DNA from: Bacteroidales bacterium
GTDB taxonomy: Bacteria > Bacteroidota > Bacteroidia > Bacteroidales > 4484-276
Length of the DNA: 57,255 bases
Direction of reading: 5' to 3'
Assembly (NCBI GenBank): GCA_012523265.1
Contig: JAAYIU010000162.1
Span: forward strand, 1-57,255
Shown here: positions 43,092-53,233 of the stretch, piece after piece
How positions within the stretch are numbered: position 1 is the stretch's first letter
Layout of the letters: the number at the start of each line of letters is the position of its first letter
Notes under the pieces: generated by a model
What the model saw: the letters and a program-made list of their open reading frames with translations, nothing else
Told to the model about the DNA's origin: nothing
Database searches by the model: none
Position numbers and translations under genes: made by a program

Positions 43092-44255
43092 ATGCTACCG
43101 TTTCCTAAAAACATTAATATTTTGAAAAATAAAAAATCAGGATTTATCCTGCTCATCATTTTCGCGATGCTTCTGGTGGTGGCATGCCGCCAATCAGGAG
43201 ATCAGGGGCAGCAACGCGGGGGCAGCAGCCAGCCCCAGCCCTATCCGGTGATAGAAATTCCGCGCATGACGCTCACCACCTGGCGCGCCTATCCTGCCAA
43301 CATCGAAGGAACCAACTCCAGCGAAGTGCGCGCCAAAGTATCGGGTTACATTACAAAAGTTCTGGTAGAAGAAGGCCAGCAAGTGCGCAAAGGACAAGTA
43401 CTCTTTGAGCTGGAGACGCAGTCGATGTCGGCGGAAGCTGATGCGCTGCAGGCCAACGTGGAGGCAGCACAGCTCGAGGTCGACAAGCTCGGCCCGTTGG
43501 TTGAGCAGAACATTGTAAGTCCTGTGCAGTTGCGTACCGCCGAGGCGCGGCTGGCGCAAGCACGCAGCAGCTACCAGAGTGCTGTGGCGAGCATCGGCTA
43601 TGCCAGTATCAAAAGCCCGGTAGATGGCGTGGTGGGAACCATCCATTACCGCAAAGGTGCCCTTGTAAATGCGCAAGACCGGCTGCCACTCACACGCGTG
43701 TCGGCCATCGGAAAAGTGTATGCGCGCTTTGCCATGAACGAAAAGGATTTTATCACCTTTATGAATTCCGCCGACGGCCATACGATCGACGAAAAAATTA
43801 AAAATAAACCAAAAGTCAAACTGCTGCTCGCCAATGGCCAAACCTACAGCCACGAAGGTATCATCGAAACAGTGTCGGGCGACATAGATCCGCGCACAGG
43901 GACAGTTTCTTTTCGCGCCACCTTCGACAACCCCGAAGGGCTGCTGCGCGACGGTAGCAGCGGCACCGTGCTGCTTCCGGAGGCGTTTGAAAATGCCCCT
44001 GTAGTACCGGCATTGTCAACCTTCGAGCAACAAAACAAAACGCTGGTGTATGTGGTGCAGGGCGACACACTGGTGGCTGCCGCCATTGATGTGCTTGCCG
44101 AGGTAGATAAACTTTATGTGATCGGCAAAGGCACAGTGGAGGCCGGCACCATCATCCTGGCCAAAGGCGCCAACAAGCTGCGCCCCGGCACCCGCATCAA
44201 GCCACAGCAGGTGCCCATCGACAGCATCACCCAATCTTTTACAACCGTTTTTTAA
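43092..44255 (+). CDS. RND efflux periplasmic adaptor (membrane fusion protein, AcrA/MexA-like) lipoprotein
   Basis: Lipobox LLVVAC. Coiled-coil hairpin region (AEADALQANVEAAQLEVDKL..QLRTAEARLAQARSSYQSA), and IKSPVDGVVG in the lipoyl/beta-barrel region. Confidence 0.85.
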   Translation: MLPFPKNINILKNKKSGFILLIIFAMLLVVACRQSGDQGQQRGGSSQPQPYPVIEIPRMTLTTWRAYPANIEGTNSSEVRAKVSGYITKVLVEEGQQVRKGQVLFELETQSMSAEADALQANVEAAQLEVDKLGPLVEQNIVSPVQLRTAEARLAQARSSYQSAVASIGYASIKSPVDGVVGTIHYRKGALVNAQDRLPLTRVSAIGKVYARFAMNEKDFITFMNSADGHTIDEKIKNKPKVKLLLANGQTYSHEGIIETVSGDIDPRTGTVSFRATFDNPEGLLRDGSSGTVLLPEAFENAPVVPALSTFEQQNKTLVYVVQGDTLVAAAIDVLAEVDKLYVIGKGTVEAGTIILAKGANKLRPGTRIKPQQVPIDSITQSFTTVF

Positions 44256-44264
44256 AATATTTCT

Positions 44265-47200
44265 ATGTTAAAATTTTTTATCGACAGGCCGGTCTTCTCC
44301 ACCGTCATCAGCATCCTGCTGGTAATTCTGGGATTGTTGGGTCTGGAGCGGCTACCGGTTACGCAGTACCCCGACATTGCTCCGCCAACGGTGCAGGTGT
44401 CGGCAAGTTATCCGGGTGCCAATGCCGAAACCATCCTGGAAAGCGTAATTATTCCGCTCGAAGAGGAGATCAACGGCGTGGAAGGAATGTCATACATCAC
44501 CTCCAGCGCCAGCAACAACGGACGCGCCAGCATCCAGGTTTTTTTCGAGCAGGGATATGATCCCGACATCGCAGCCGTGAACGTTCAAAATCGCGTATCG
44601 GCCGCCAACTCGGTGCTGCCTGCCGAAGTAATACGCGCGGGAATCACCACTTTTAAGCGCCTTAACACCTCCTTGCTCTATGCTGCTTTTTATTCTACCA
44701 ACCCTGACTACGACGATACCTTTATCCAAAATTATCTTAACATCCACATCAAGCCGGAGCTGCAGCGTATCAAAGGCGTTGGTGAAGTAGGCGCTTTTGG
44801 TGGTAAAGATTACGCCATGCGGGTGTGGCTCGACCCGGTAAAGATGGCCAACTACGGGCTTATCCCTGCCGACGTGATCAACGCCATCGGCGAACAAAGT
44901 CTTGAGGCTGCTGCCGGCGCGCTGGGACAAAATGCCGGCGAATCGTTCGAGTATGTCATCAAATACAAAGGACGCTACAAAACTTCAGAAGAATACGAAA
45001 ACATCATCATTCGCGCTTTGGGCGATGGACGCTATCTGCGCGTAAAAGATGTTGCCACCGTACAACTCGATGCTTTTAGCTACAGCACACTGTCGCAAAC
45101 ACTGGGATATCCGTCGATCAGCTTTGGTGTTTTTCAAACCCCCGGCTCCAATGCTCAGGAAATCATCGAAAACATTCATAAAAAACTGCAGGAGCTGCGC
45201 AAAGATTTCCCGGAAGGGGTCGATTATGTTGTGAATTACGATACCAACCAATTCCTTACAGCTTCCATTGGCAAGGTGCGCACCACGCTGATAGAGGCCT
45301 TTTTGTTGGTGTTTCTGGTGGTATTTGTTTTTCTGCAGGATTTTCGTTCCACGCTTATCCCGGCCATCGCCGTTCCGGTATCGATCATCGGCACATTCTT
45401 TTTCCTGGGGCTTTTGGGATATTCCATCAACCTGCTCACCCTTTTTGCACTGGTGCTGGCCATCGGTATTGTGGTGGATGATGCCATTGTGGTGGTAGAA
45501 GCAGTGCATGCCAAGCTCGAAGACGGCGCCACAAGTGCCCGCGAAGCCAGCGTTAGCGCCATGAACGAGATCGCCGGCGCCATCGTTTCTATCACATTGG
45601 TGATGGCCGCCGTTTTTATCCCCATCACCTTTATAAAAGGACCTACCGGCGTTTTTTACGAACAGTTTGGCGTCACCCTCATCATTGCTATTCTCATCTC
45701 GGCGGTCAACGCGCTTACTTTAAGCCCGGCGCTTAGCGCAATATTTCTAAAACCACAGCATGAATCGCGGCAAAAGAAGAAATTCCTGCGGCGTTTTTAC
45801 GAACTGTTTAATGTGGGTTTTAATGCAGGAAAAGACAAATATGCGCACACGCTGGCTTTTATCACGCGTCACAAATGGATTGTTCCTGCCGTGCTGATCA
45901 TCGCTATCGCTTCGATGGTGTTGCTCGACCGCAGTCTGCCCAAAGGATTTGTGCCAACAGAAGACCGGAGTGTTATTTTTATGAATGGGGAACTTCCCCT
46001 GGCAGCCTCACTCGATCGTTCTTATGAGGTGACGCAACAACTTTATGAGCATATCGATAAGATCGAAGGCATCAACACGGCCACCCTGATTGCCGGGCGC
46101 AACTTTTTTTCGGGCGCCGGCAGCTCTTACATCATGGGATTTATAAATTTAAAAAACTGGGACGAACGCAAAACCGAGGCAACCTCCGTAGAAGGCATCC
46201 AGGGGCAACTGTACCGGGCTGCCTCCTCGATTAGCGACGCCAGGATCATCTTTTTTACACCCTCAAGCATTCCGGGCTTTGGCAGCGTGGATGGTTTTGA
46301 AATGCAGCTCCTCGACCGTTCTTCCGGCTCACTGAAAGACCTCGACGCCACAGCAGGTGCTTTCACACAAGAGCTGATGCAACAGCCAGAAATCGCCTTT
46401 GCCTCCGACCCTTTCAGCACCGACTATCCGCAACTGCAAATGGAGATAGACGTGGCACGCGCCAAAGAATCAGGCGTGTCGGTGAGCGATATCCTGCGCA
46501 CCCTGCAGGGCTATGTAGGTGGATATTACACTACAAACTTCAGCCGGTTTGGCAAGCAATATCGCGTGCAGGTGCAGGCATTGCCCGAAGACAGAGTAAA
46601 TACCGAAAGCCTCAACAGCATGTTCGTAAAGACCCGCGACGGAAGCATGACGCCCGTTTCGGCATTTGTGACCCTGGAGCGTATCTACGGACCACAAACC
46701 GTTACGCGTTTCAATCTTTTTAATTCGGTAGCTATCAATGGAACCTCCGCGCCGGGCTACAGCTCGGGCGATGCCATCGATGCTATCCGCCGTGTGGCAG
46801 AGCGCTCGCTGCCCAACGAATATCAGGTGGCATTCTCGGGGCTTACCCGCGAAGAGATTGCTGCCGGCGGACAAGCCATCCTCATCTTTTTCCTTAGCAT
46901 CGTGTTTGTCTATTTCCTCCTGGCGGCGCAATACGAAAGCTACCTGCTACCGCTGTCGGTGATCCTGTCATTGCCCATCGGTGTAGCCGGAGCTTACGCC
47001 AGCACCTGGATTGCCGGGCTGGAAAACAACATTTATTTTCAAATAGGATTGATCATGCTGGTGGGCTTATTAGCCAAAAACGCAATCCTCATCGTGGAAT
47101 TTGCGCTGCAGCGACGGCGCCAGGGCATGAGCATCGTCAAAGCAGCCATCGAAGGCGCCACAGTTAGACTGCGCCCCATATTGATGACCTCCTTTGCTTT

Positions 47201-47408
47201 TATTTTTGGGATGCTTCCACTGGTACTGGCCAGTGGCGTTGGCGCCCAGGGCAACCGTTCTATCGGCACAGGCGCTGCCGGAGGTTTGTTCGTGGGCACG
47301 GTGATAGGAATATTGGTGATACCTACGCTTTTTGTCGCTTTCCAATGGCTGCACGAAAAGCTGGCGAAAAAACCTGTGGTACAATCTGTAAAAAATAGTG
47401 CTGACTGA
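44265..47408 (+). CDS. RND multidrug efflux permease (AcrB/MexB family)
   Basis: 1047 aa. MLKFFIDRPVFSTVISILLVILG, VLAIGIVVDDAIVVVE, 12-TM architecture, LLAKNAILIVEFA. Confidence 0.9.
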   Translation: MLKFFIDRPVFSTVISILLVILGLLGLERLPVTQYPDIAPPTVQVSASYPGANAETILESVIIPLEEEINGVEGMSYITSSASNNGRASIQVFFEQGYDPDIAAVNVQNRVSAANSVLPAEVIRAGITTFKRLNTSLLYAAFYSTNPDYDDTFIQNYLNIHIKPELQRIKGVGEVGAFGGKDYAMRVWLDPVKMANYGLIPADVINAIGEQSLEAAAGALGQNAGESFEYVIKYKGRYKTSEEYENIIIRALGDGRYLRVKDVATVQLDAFSYSTLSQTLGYPSISFGVFQTPGSNAQEIIENIHKKLQELRKDFPEGVDYVVNYDTNQFLTASIGKVRTTLIEAFLLVFLVVFVFLQDFRSTLIPAIAVPVSIIGTFFFLGLLGYSINLLTLFALVLAIGIVVDDAIVVVEAVHAKLEDGATSAREASVSAMNEIAGAIVSITLVMAAVFIPITFIKGPTGVFYEQFGVTLIIAILISAVNALTLSPALSAIFLKPQHESRQKKKFLRRFYELFNVGFNAGKDKYAHTLAFITRHKWIVPAVLIIAIASMVLLDRSLPKGFVPTEDRSVIFMNGELPLAASLDRSYEVTQQLYEHIDKIEGINTATLIAGRNFFSGAGSSYIMGFINLKNWDERKTEATSVEGIQGQLYRAASSISDARIIFFTPSSIPGFGSVDGFEMQLLDRSSGSLKDLDATAGAFTQELMQQPEIAFASDPFSTDYPQLQMEIDVARAKESGVSVSDILRTLQGYVGGYYTTNFSRFGKQYRVQVQALPEDRVNTESLNSMFVKTRDGSMTPVSAFVTLERIYGPQTVTRFNLFNSVAINGTSAPGYSSGDAIDAIRRVAERSLPNEYQVAFSGLTREEIAAGGQAILIFFLSIVFVYFLLAAQYESYLLPLSVILSLPIGVAGAYASTWIAGLENNIYFQIGLIMLVGLLAKNAILIVEFALQRRRQGMSIVKAAIEGATVRLRPILMTSFAFIFGMLPLVLASGVGAQGNRSIGTGAAGGLFVGTVIGILVIPTLFVAFQWLHEKLAKKPVVQSVKNSAD

Positions 47409-48796
47409 TGAAACGACGAATCACTTTTGGAATAGCAATTTTGGTGTTAATAACGCAGCAGGCTTGTTTTGTGGCGCGGGATTATACGCGCCCTGAAATG
47501 TTCGACGAAATAGGTTTTCGCACCGACACTGCCACAATGGATACACTGACGATGGCCACCATCGCCTGGCGCGACTTCTTCAGCGATCCCATCTTACAAT
47601 CCTACATCGAAGAAGGGCTGCAAAACAACCTGGACATACGCACAGCACTGACGCGAATAGATGCTGCCCAAGCCTGGATGCGACAGGGAAAGGCTGGCTA
47701 TCTGCCCTCAATCAGCGCCGACGCATCAGCGTCACATTTTGAATTTTCGGATAATGGACAAGCTCGCGGCGCCGGGTCGATAAATGTTTTTGAACTGGGC
47801 GCAGGACTTTCGTGGGAAGCCGACATCTGGGGCAAGATTCGCAGCACCCGCCGTGCTTATCAGGCGCGCTACCTGCAAAGTCAGGCTGCCCACCAGGCCG
47901 TAAAAACCCGGCTTATCGCCGGCATAGCCACGTTCTATTACGATCTGCTGGCCATCGACGCACAGATGGACATCACCCAGGCTACCATCGAAAACCGCAA
48001 AAGAAGCCTGACGACAGCCACCGCGCTGAAAAATGCCGGCAACGAAACCGAAGCCGGTGTAAAGCAAACCGAGGCTCAGCTATACACCGCGCAAGCCATC
48101 TTCATCGATCTGCAAAAGCAGGCACGCATTTATGAAAGTGCATTGTCGCTGCTGCTGGGAAGCCAACCACGCCCGCTGGCCCGCAATACATTCGACGACC
48201 AAATCGTAGATACCGTATTGCTCACCGGCATACCGCTGCAACTGCTGGGCAACCGTCCCGACATCCTCGCCGCCGAATACAACCTCATCAACGCTTTTGA
48301 GCTTACCAACGTGGCACGCAGCAACTTCTACCCGTCGCTTACTTTGTCGGCATCAGCAGGGCTGCAGAGCTTAGAGCTGCAAAACCTCTTCAGCCTCAAC
48401 TCACTTTTTGCTAATGTTGTGGGCGGACTCGCGCAGCCTATCCTCAACGGGCGGCGCATACGCACGCAATACGAGGTGGCGCAGGCCGAACAGGAACAGG
48501 CGCGGCTGCAATATCTGCAAACGTTCCTCACGGCCACCGCCGAAGTGTCGGATGCATTGTATTCGTTTGATGCAACAACCCGCAAAATAGAGGTTAAACA
48601 AAAGGAATACGAAGCTTATAATGATGCGGTGCGTTATTCGGAAGCCCTCGTCAACAATGGCCTGGCCAACTACCTGCAGGTGCTCATCGCCCGCGAGCGT
48701 TCGCTGGCGAGCAGCCTCACCCTGGCCGAAAACAAAGCCACCCGTCTGAAATATCTGGTACAGCTTTACGAAGCTTTGGGCGGAGGATGGAAGTAG
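47408..48796 (+). CDS. Outer-membrane efflux lipoprotein (TolC/OprM, NodT family)
   Basis: Lipobox ITQQAC. RPDILAAEYNL and NFYPSLTLSASAG are conserved OMF motifs. There is a 1-nt overlap (TGATG) with the permease stop. Confidence 0.85.
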   Translation: MKRRITFGIAILVLITQQACFVARDYTRPEMFDEIGFRTDTATMDTLTMATIAWRDFFSDPILQSYIEEGLQNNLDIRTALTRIDAAQAWMRQGKAGYLPSISADASASHFEFSDNGQARGAGSINVFELGAGLSWEADIWGKIRSTRRAYQARYLQSQAAHQAVKTRLIAGIATFYYDLLAIDAQMDITQATIENRKRSLTTATALKNAGNETEAGVKQTEAQLYTAQAIFIDLQKQARIYESALSLLLGSQPRPLARNTFDDQIVDTVLLTGIPLQLLGNRPDILAAEYNLINAFELTNVARSNFYPSLTLSASAGLQSLELQNLFSLNSLFANVVGGLAQPILNGRRIRTQYEVAQAEQEQARLQYLQTFLTATAEVSDALYSFDATTRKIEVKQKEYEAYNDAVRYSEALVNNGLANYLQVLIARERSLASSLTLAENKATRLKYLVQLYEALGGGWK

Positions 48797-48914
48797 TGCC
48801 AGGAAATTCCAACCGTCCGTGGCGGTGTAAACAACGACAATAAAAAACCACAAAGGTGGCGGCATTGAATTCCAACCGCACCAAATACCAGTTATTTTCT
48901 TTGCTGTGATCCGG

Positions 48915-50087
48915 CTATCTTGTTGTTTCCATTTTATAAATAGCTACCTGATAGGGTGCAAGCTCGCCCGTGAGCCTATTATTTTGAACAGATAAACTAT
49001 CAGGCCGGTTGGGGAAAAAATTAACAGCTTCTCCAGCCACATCTTCGGGCAAAGGTATTTCGTAAAGCTGATTATTTTCTGCATCTGCATTTAAAGCTAT
49101 CAGATAAAATGCGCCGTTGTAGCGCCAGGTGGCGTAATATTTAAACTGGTAAATATTATGGTATTCGTGCAGTCCATGCAGGACAACATCTTTCCACTCA
49201 CTCTGAAGTATCTCGTTTGCCACATTTGAAGCAGCCGCAAACACTTCCGGTTGCGTAACGTCGATGGTGGAGTTGTTGTCGTAATCTTTAAAAGTATAAT
49301 ACAAAATCCCCTTCATCCCCGTAACGAAGGCCAGGTAAGTCTGGCAGTCGATGTGGGCGGCAGAAGGATAGGTTTGGTCGATCCAGTTGAAGGTTTGAGG
49401 CGTCGCCATCGGGAAAATATGTTTCTCCTTGCAATCCAACACAAGATTTCGAAAATAGAAATCGGAGAGGTCGAGATAATGACCTTCGCTTTGAAGCCCC
49501 CACGGATACGACTGCATAAAAGCTACGTCGGTAAGAGGCAGCATGTACGGTACGGGAGGCTCAATATCGGCAAAGCTGATAGTAGCAACCCTGCTTTGAT
49601 CGAGCGCTATGAGATGGTTTTTTTGATTTTCTACTTCCTGAATTTCCATATAGTTGGCATCATCCATCAGATTCCAAGCCACTAAAGCAGCGTGCTGCCC
49701 GAAGGTATTAACATACAAATCGAACAATTCGGGCGTCACTGATTGCCACAGCAAACCATTCACCACATGTACCTGCTGCGCTTCACACTTTTGCAGAAAG
49801 TCGTCGTAATTAGCCAGATATCCTGGTAACTCTTCCGGGGTTTTCCAATAGCTTTCGGCATAAAGGAAATTAAATCCTCCCGAAGCGATTTGTTCTGCCA
49901 GGTTGGGATATTCTTCAAAGGGAAGTGCCTCACAATAAAACCCAAACGGAAGAAAAGCCTCGTCGTAAACGATGAGGTTGAGATCGTCGTCCACGTAACT
50001 TATTTGCTGGGCAGCAACACTGACCACAAATCCGAATAAGAGCCAAAGCAAACTCACACTTTTAAAAATCTCGCCTGATGTTTTCAT
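48915..50087 (-). CDS. Secreted protein of unknown family (paralogue of the upstream gene; no T9SS tail)
   Basis: 390 aa with a signal peptide (VSLLWLLFGFVVSVAAQ). It is collinear with 50090..51565 (ISYVDDD/VSYVNDD, GFYCE, AAH(I/L)DCQ(T/S)YL, KGIL(Y/F)Y, ATWRYN, LAPYQVAIYKM). Confidence 0.7.
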   Translation of the reverse strand: MKTSGEIFKSVSLLWLLFGFVVSVAAQQISYVDDDLNLIVYDEAFLPFGFYCEALPFEEYPNLAEQIASGGFNFLYAESYWKTPEELPGYLANYDDFLQKCEAQQVHVVNGLLWQSVTPELFDLYVNTFGQHAALVAWNLMDDANYMEIQEVENQKNHLIALDQSRVATISFADIEPPVPYMLPLTDVAFMQSYPWGLQSEGHYLDLSDFYFRNLVLDCKEKHIFPMATPQTFNWIDQTYPSAAHIDCQTYLAFVTGMKGILYYTFKDYDNNSTIDVTQPEVFAAASNVANEILQSEWKDVVLHGLHEYHNIYQFKYYATWRYNGAFYLIALNADAENNQLYEIPLPEDVAGEAVNFFPNRPDSLSVQNNRLTGELAPYQVAIYKMETTR

Positions 50088-50089
50088 AG

Positions 50090-51565
50090 CTAATATTTTA
50101 TGATTTTAATGGTTTGGTTTTGCTTGTCCGCTTTCGCAGAAATTCTGAGCAGGTAGATACCATCGGGCAGCGCTTCGAGATTTATGAATTCGCCGGGCAT
50201 TACTTCCGTCAACGCCATTACAAACCTCCCTTGTACATTATAAACCCTGCAACTAAATTTGTTTTTCACACCCGAAATGGTAAACCTTCCTTTCGTCGGA
50301 TTGGGAGTAGCAGTGATTGTTGCTTCAGTGGCCTGCTTTTCAGCAAAACCGGTATTGAGATCCATTTTATAAATAGCAACCTGATACGGTGCTAAGTTTC
50401 CGGTGAGGTGATTGTTAATCAAAGCTAAGCTGTCGGGGCGGTAATCAAAAAGGTTAACCGGCTCACCGATAACATCGTCGGGCAGGGGAATATCGTAAGC
50501 AAAGCTAATATCCGCGCTGGCGTTGGCGGCCATTACGAATAAATTATTGTTGTATCTCCAGGTGGCGCAGTGGCGATATTGACCAACATTATAATATTGA
50601 TGTTCGCCGTGCAGAATCACCTCTTTTAGTTCGCTTTGCAACACTTCGGTGGCAATATCAGAAGCAGCCTGATAAAGCTCCGGCTGTGTGATGTTGATGG
50701 TAGAATTATTGTCGGAATCGAGAAAAGCATAAAACAGAATACCCTTGTTGCCGGCAATAAAGCCCAGATAGCTCTGGCAGTCGAGATGAGCTGCCGGCGG
50801 ATAAGGATTATTTTCCCAGTTGTGCGTCTGGGCAATTATCATTGGAAATACAACTTGATGCGCTGTTGTTTTTTTATTAAAACGGTATCTGTACGCCACC
50901 ATGTCGAGGTCGGGCGTGCCCCAGGGATAGCCCCACGGTCCCTGGTAAAAAATAGAGCTTTCCAGATGTTGTATCATATACTGAAAAGGGGGCGTAATCA
51001 ATTCAAAATCGGCCATGCTTACCCTGGTAGTATCGAGTTGCTGCAATCGCTGCTTCTGTTCCATCACAGCCAGCTCGGCGTAGTTGGCATTGAACAGTAA
51101 ATTGTAGCCAATCAACGACGGGAAGATTTTCAGGGCATTTACATAAGCATCAAACCGCGTAGGGTCGTTGAGATATTGCGGCAACACGATGATATTTTTG
51201 AGGTTTAAGCCATTGCATTGATTGAGAAACATCTCGTAGCTGCCGATATCCGGGACGTACGTTTCGGTAACGATTGTGTTAAAACCTCCATCAGCAATAT
51301 CCTGGGCCAGATCAGGCCAGGTATAAAAGTTCATGTATTCGCAATAGAAACCGACAGGTAAAAATACTTCTTCGTCCACCATCAGATTCCCATCATCATT
51401 TACATAGCTTACCATCTGGCCAAAGGCTCCACTGCTGAAAATCATCAACACAGCCAAAAATACCCGGCGCAGTGTCAGGAAATTAATACCTGCTGGCGGA
51501 GCTTCCGGAGCGTAGCCCTGATTATTTTGCATCAATTTTATAAAAAAATTCATATTTCCTGCCAC
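50090..51565 (-). CDS. Secreted protein of the same unknown family with T9SS C-terminal sorting domain
   Basis: 491 aa. The core is collinear with the downstream paralogue. The extra C-terminus ATPNPTKGRFTISG..DGIYLLRISAKADKQNQTIKIIKY is a Por/T9SS tail. The start codon is uncertain. Confidence 0.7.
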   Translation of the reverse strand: MAGNMNFFIKLMQNNQGYAPEAPPAGINFLTLRRVFLAVLMIFSSGAFGQMVSYVNDDGNLMVDEEVFLPVGFYCEYMNFYTWPDLAQDIADGGFNTIVTETYVPDIGSYEMFLNQCNGLNLKNIIVLPQYLNDPTRFDAYVNALKIFPSLIGYNLLFNANYAELAVMEQKQRLQQLDTTRVSMADFELITPPFQYMIQHLESSIFYQGPWGYPWGTPDLDMVAYRYRFNKKTTAHQVVFPMIIAQTHNWENNPYPPAAHLDCQSYLGFIAGNKGILFYAFLDSDNNSTINITQPELYQAASDIATEVLQSELKEVILHGEHQYYNVGQYRHCATWRYNNNLFVMAANASADISFAYDIPLPDDVIGEPVNLFDYRPDSLALINNHLTGNLAPYQVAIYKMDLNTGFAEKQATEATITATPNPTKGRFTISGVKNKFSCRVYNVQGRFVMALTEVMPGEFINLEALPDGIYLLRISAKADKQNQTIKIIKY

Positions 51566-51724
51566 TTAAGTAAAATGGCAAAGGTAGGGCATAATCGGTT
51601 CGGTGAAAATACACCGCGTCGCGCATCGAAGAAGGGCCACTGCAGTATTAATCGGAATAAGTGGGAGAGATGCAACCCGATGGCCTTCACCTTTGATTGT
51701 GGATAGACCATCTACAGCGTCTCG

Positions 51725-51790
51725 TTTGGGCTAAAGCCCATTGATTTTTTTTGCCTTTTCACCCCCGGCCTAAAGGCCGGGGTTAGTGAT
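51725..51790 (-). repeat. Two-hairpin REP-like element, copy 5
   Basis: TTTGGGCTAAAGCCCATTGATTTTTTTTGCC..CCCCGGCCTAAAGGCCGGGGTTAGTGAT. It lies 8 nt downstream of the mtaB stop. Confidence 0.85.
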
Positions 51791-51797
51791 TAATTGG

Positions 51798-53075
51798 CTA
51801 AAGACCAATGATGATCGGGTCGTCGCCATCTTCTAAAGAAATTAATTGCACATCCACGAAAGTGTTGGGCTGCGCCTGATGCGTAGGGAATTTCACCGGC
51901 ACATAAAGCTCTCCGTATCCCTGCGCCATGCCGCTGTCGATTTTTTCGATCAATACCCGCTGCTTTTTCCCGATAAGGGATTCGCGAAAGCGTCGTTTTT
52001 CGGCATCTGCTACCTGGCGCAGCAGCTCGCTGCGCCGGGTTTTTTCTTTTTCACTTACGTGATCGGACATCCGCTCGGCGCGGGTGTTTTTCCTTATGGA
52101 ATATTTAAAAGTGTGGACGTGACCGAAGTTGAGCGCTTTTACAAGCCGGAGCGTTTCGTCAAAATCCTGCTGCGTTTCGCCGGGAAATCCAACTATTATA
52201 TCTGTGGTAAAATTGAAAAGCGGGTAACGCGTGCGCACTTTCTCTACTATTTGGCGAAAGCCTGCAACCGAATACATGCGGCGCATGGCAAGCAAAATCT
52301 TGTCGGAGCCGCTTTGCAGGCACAGGTGCATGTGGGGCGTTAGTTTGGGATGATCGAAAAGATCGAACAGCTTGTCGCCAAAGCCGTCGGGTTCGATAGA
52401 GCCGATACGCAGTCGGAAGTCGCCTGGCAGCGCCAGAATGCCCGCCACCAAATCTTCAAAATTCAAACCTTCTGCATCGTACCTCCCGATATTGACGCCG
52501 GTGAGCACGATTTCTTTATAGCCAAATTCCACCACGCGGCTGATGTTGTCGTAGATTTCCTGCGGCTTGCGGCTGATGGCCCGACCCCGCACACGCGGTA
52601 TAATGCAAAATGTGCAGAAGTTGTCGCAGCCATCCTGAATTTTTATCCAGCTGCGTGTATGGAAAGTTTCGCGTGCCGGCTCATAATTGAAAAGCGCCGG
52701 GTCGAAGCTGTCGGGATGCACCACCTCGCCCTTATAATGGCCGTCGATAAGCTCGAAGATGGAGCTTTTGTGTTCGTTATCCACAAACCAGGTAACGTTG
52801 GGTTGCTGCTGTTCGAGGTGCTCGCGGTGGTTGTTCACCATGCAGCCCGTCACCACCAGCATGGCATCGGTGTGTTTTTTGGCTGCCTGGTTGATCACCT
52901 GGCGCGACTTGCTGTCGCTTTGGTTGGTAACGGTGCAGGTGTTGATCACCACCACGTCGGCGGCATCTTCAAAATCGACCACCTGATAGCCGCTGCTGCT
53001 AAAGCGCGAAGCCAGCGAATCGGTCTCAAACTGATTGAGTCGGCAACCCAGGGTTTTGAAAGCTATTTTTTTCAT
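51798..53075 (-). CDS. mtaB: tRNA (t6A37) methylthiotransferase MtaB (radical SAM MTTase)
   Basis: MKKIAFKTLGCRLNQFETDS (UPF0004 N-domain), CDNFCTFCIIP (CxxxCxxC), and a C-terminal TRAM-like segment. Confidence 0.8.
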   Translation of the reverse strand: MKKIAFKTLGCRLNQFETDSLASRFSSSGYQVVDFEDAADVVVINTCTVTNQSDSKSRQVINQAAKKHTDAMLVVTGCMVNNHREHLEQQQPNVTWFVDNEHKSSIFELIDGHYKGEVVHPDSFDPALFNYEPARETFHTRSWIKIQDGCDNFCTFCIIPRVRGRAISRKPQEIYDNISRVVEFGYKEIVLTGVNIGRYDAEGLNFEDLVAGILALPGDFRLRIGSIEPDGFGDKLFDLFDHPKLTPHMHLCLQSGSDKILLAMRRMYSVAGFRQIVEKVRTRYPLFNFTTDIIVGFPGETQQDFDETLRLVKALNFGHVHTFKYSIRKNTRAERMSDHVSEKEKTRRSELLRQVADAEKRRFRESLIGKKQRVLIEKIDSGMAQGYGELYVPVKFPTHQAQPNTFVDVQLISLEDGDDPIIIGL

Positions 53076-53144
53076 CTGATAAAAATCGAATTCGGCTTTG
53101 ATACATCAGTATCTTTCCATGAACTCATCATAACATTCTATTTA

Positions 53145-53208
53145 TTTGGGCTAAAGCCCAATAAATTTTTTTGTCTTTCCACCCAGCCTAAAGGCCAGGG
53201 TTAGTGAT
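53145..53208 (-). repeat. Two-hairpin REP-like element, copy 6
   Basis: TTTGGGCTAAAGCCCAATAAATTTTTTTGTC..CCCAGCCTAAAGGCCAGGGTTAGTGAT. It lies 26 nt downstream of the miaB stop. Confidence 0.85.
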
Positions 53209-53233
53209 CAGTTGGCTATAAAAAACGCAACAT

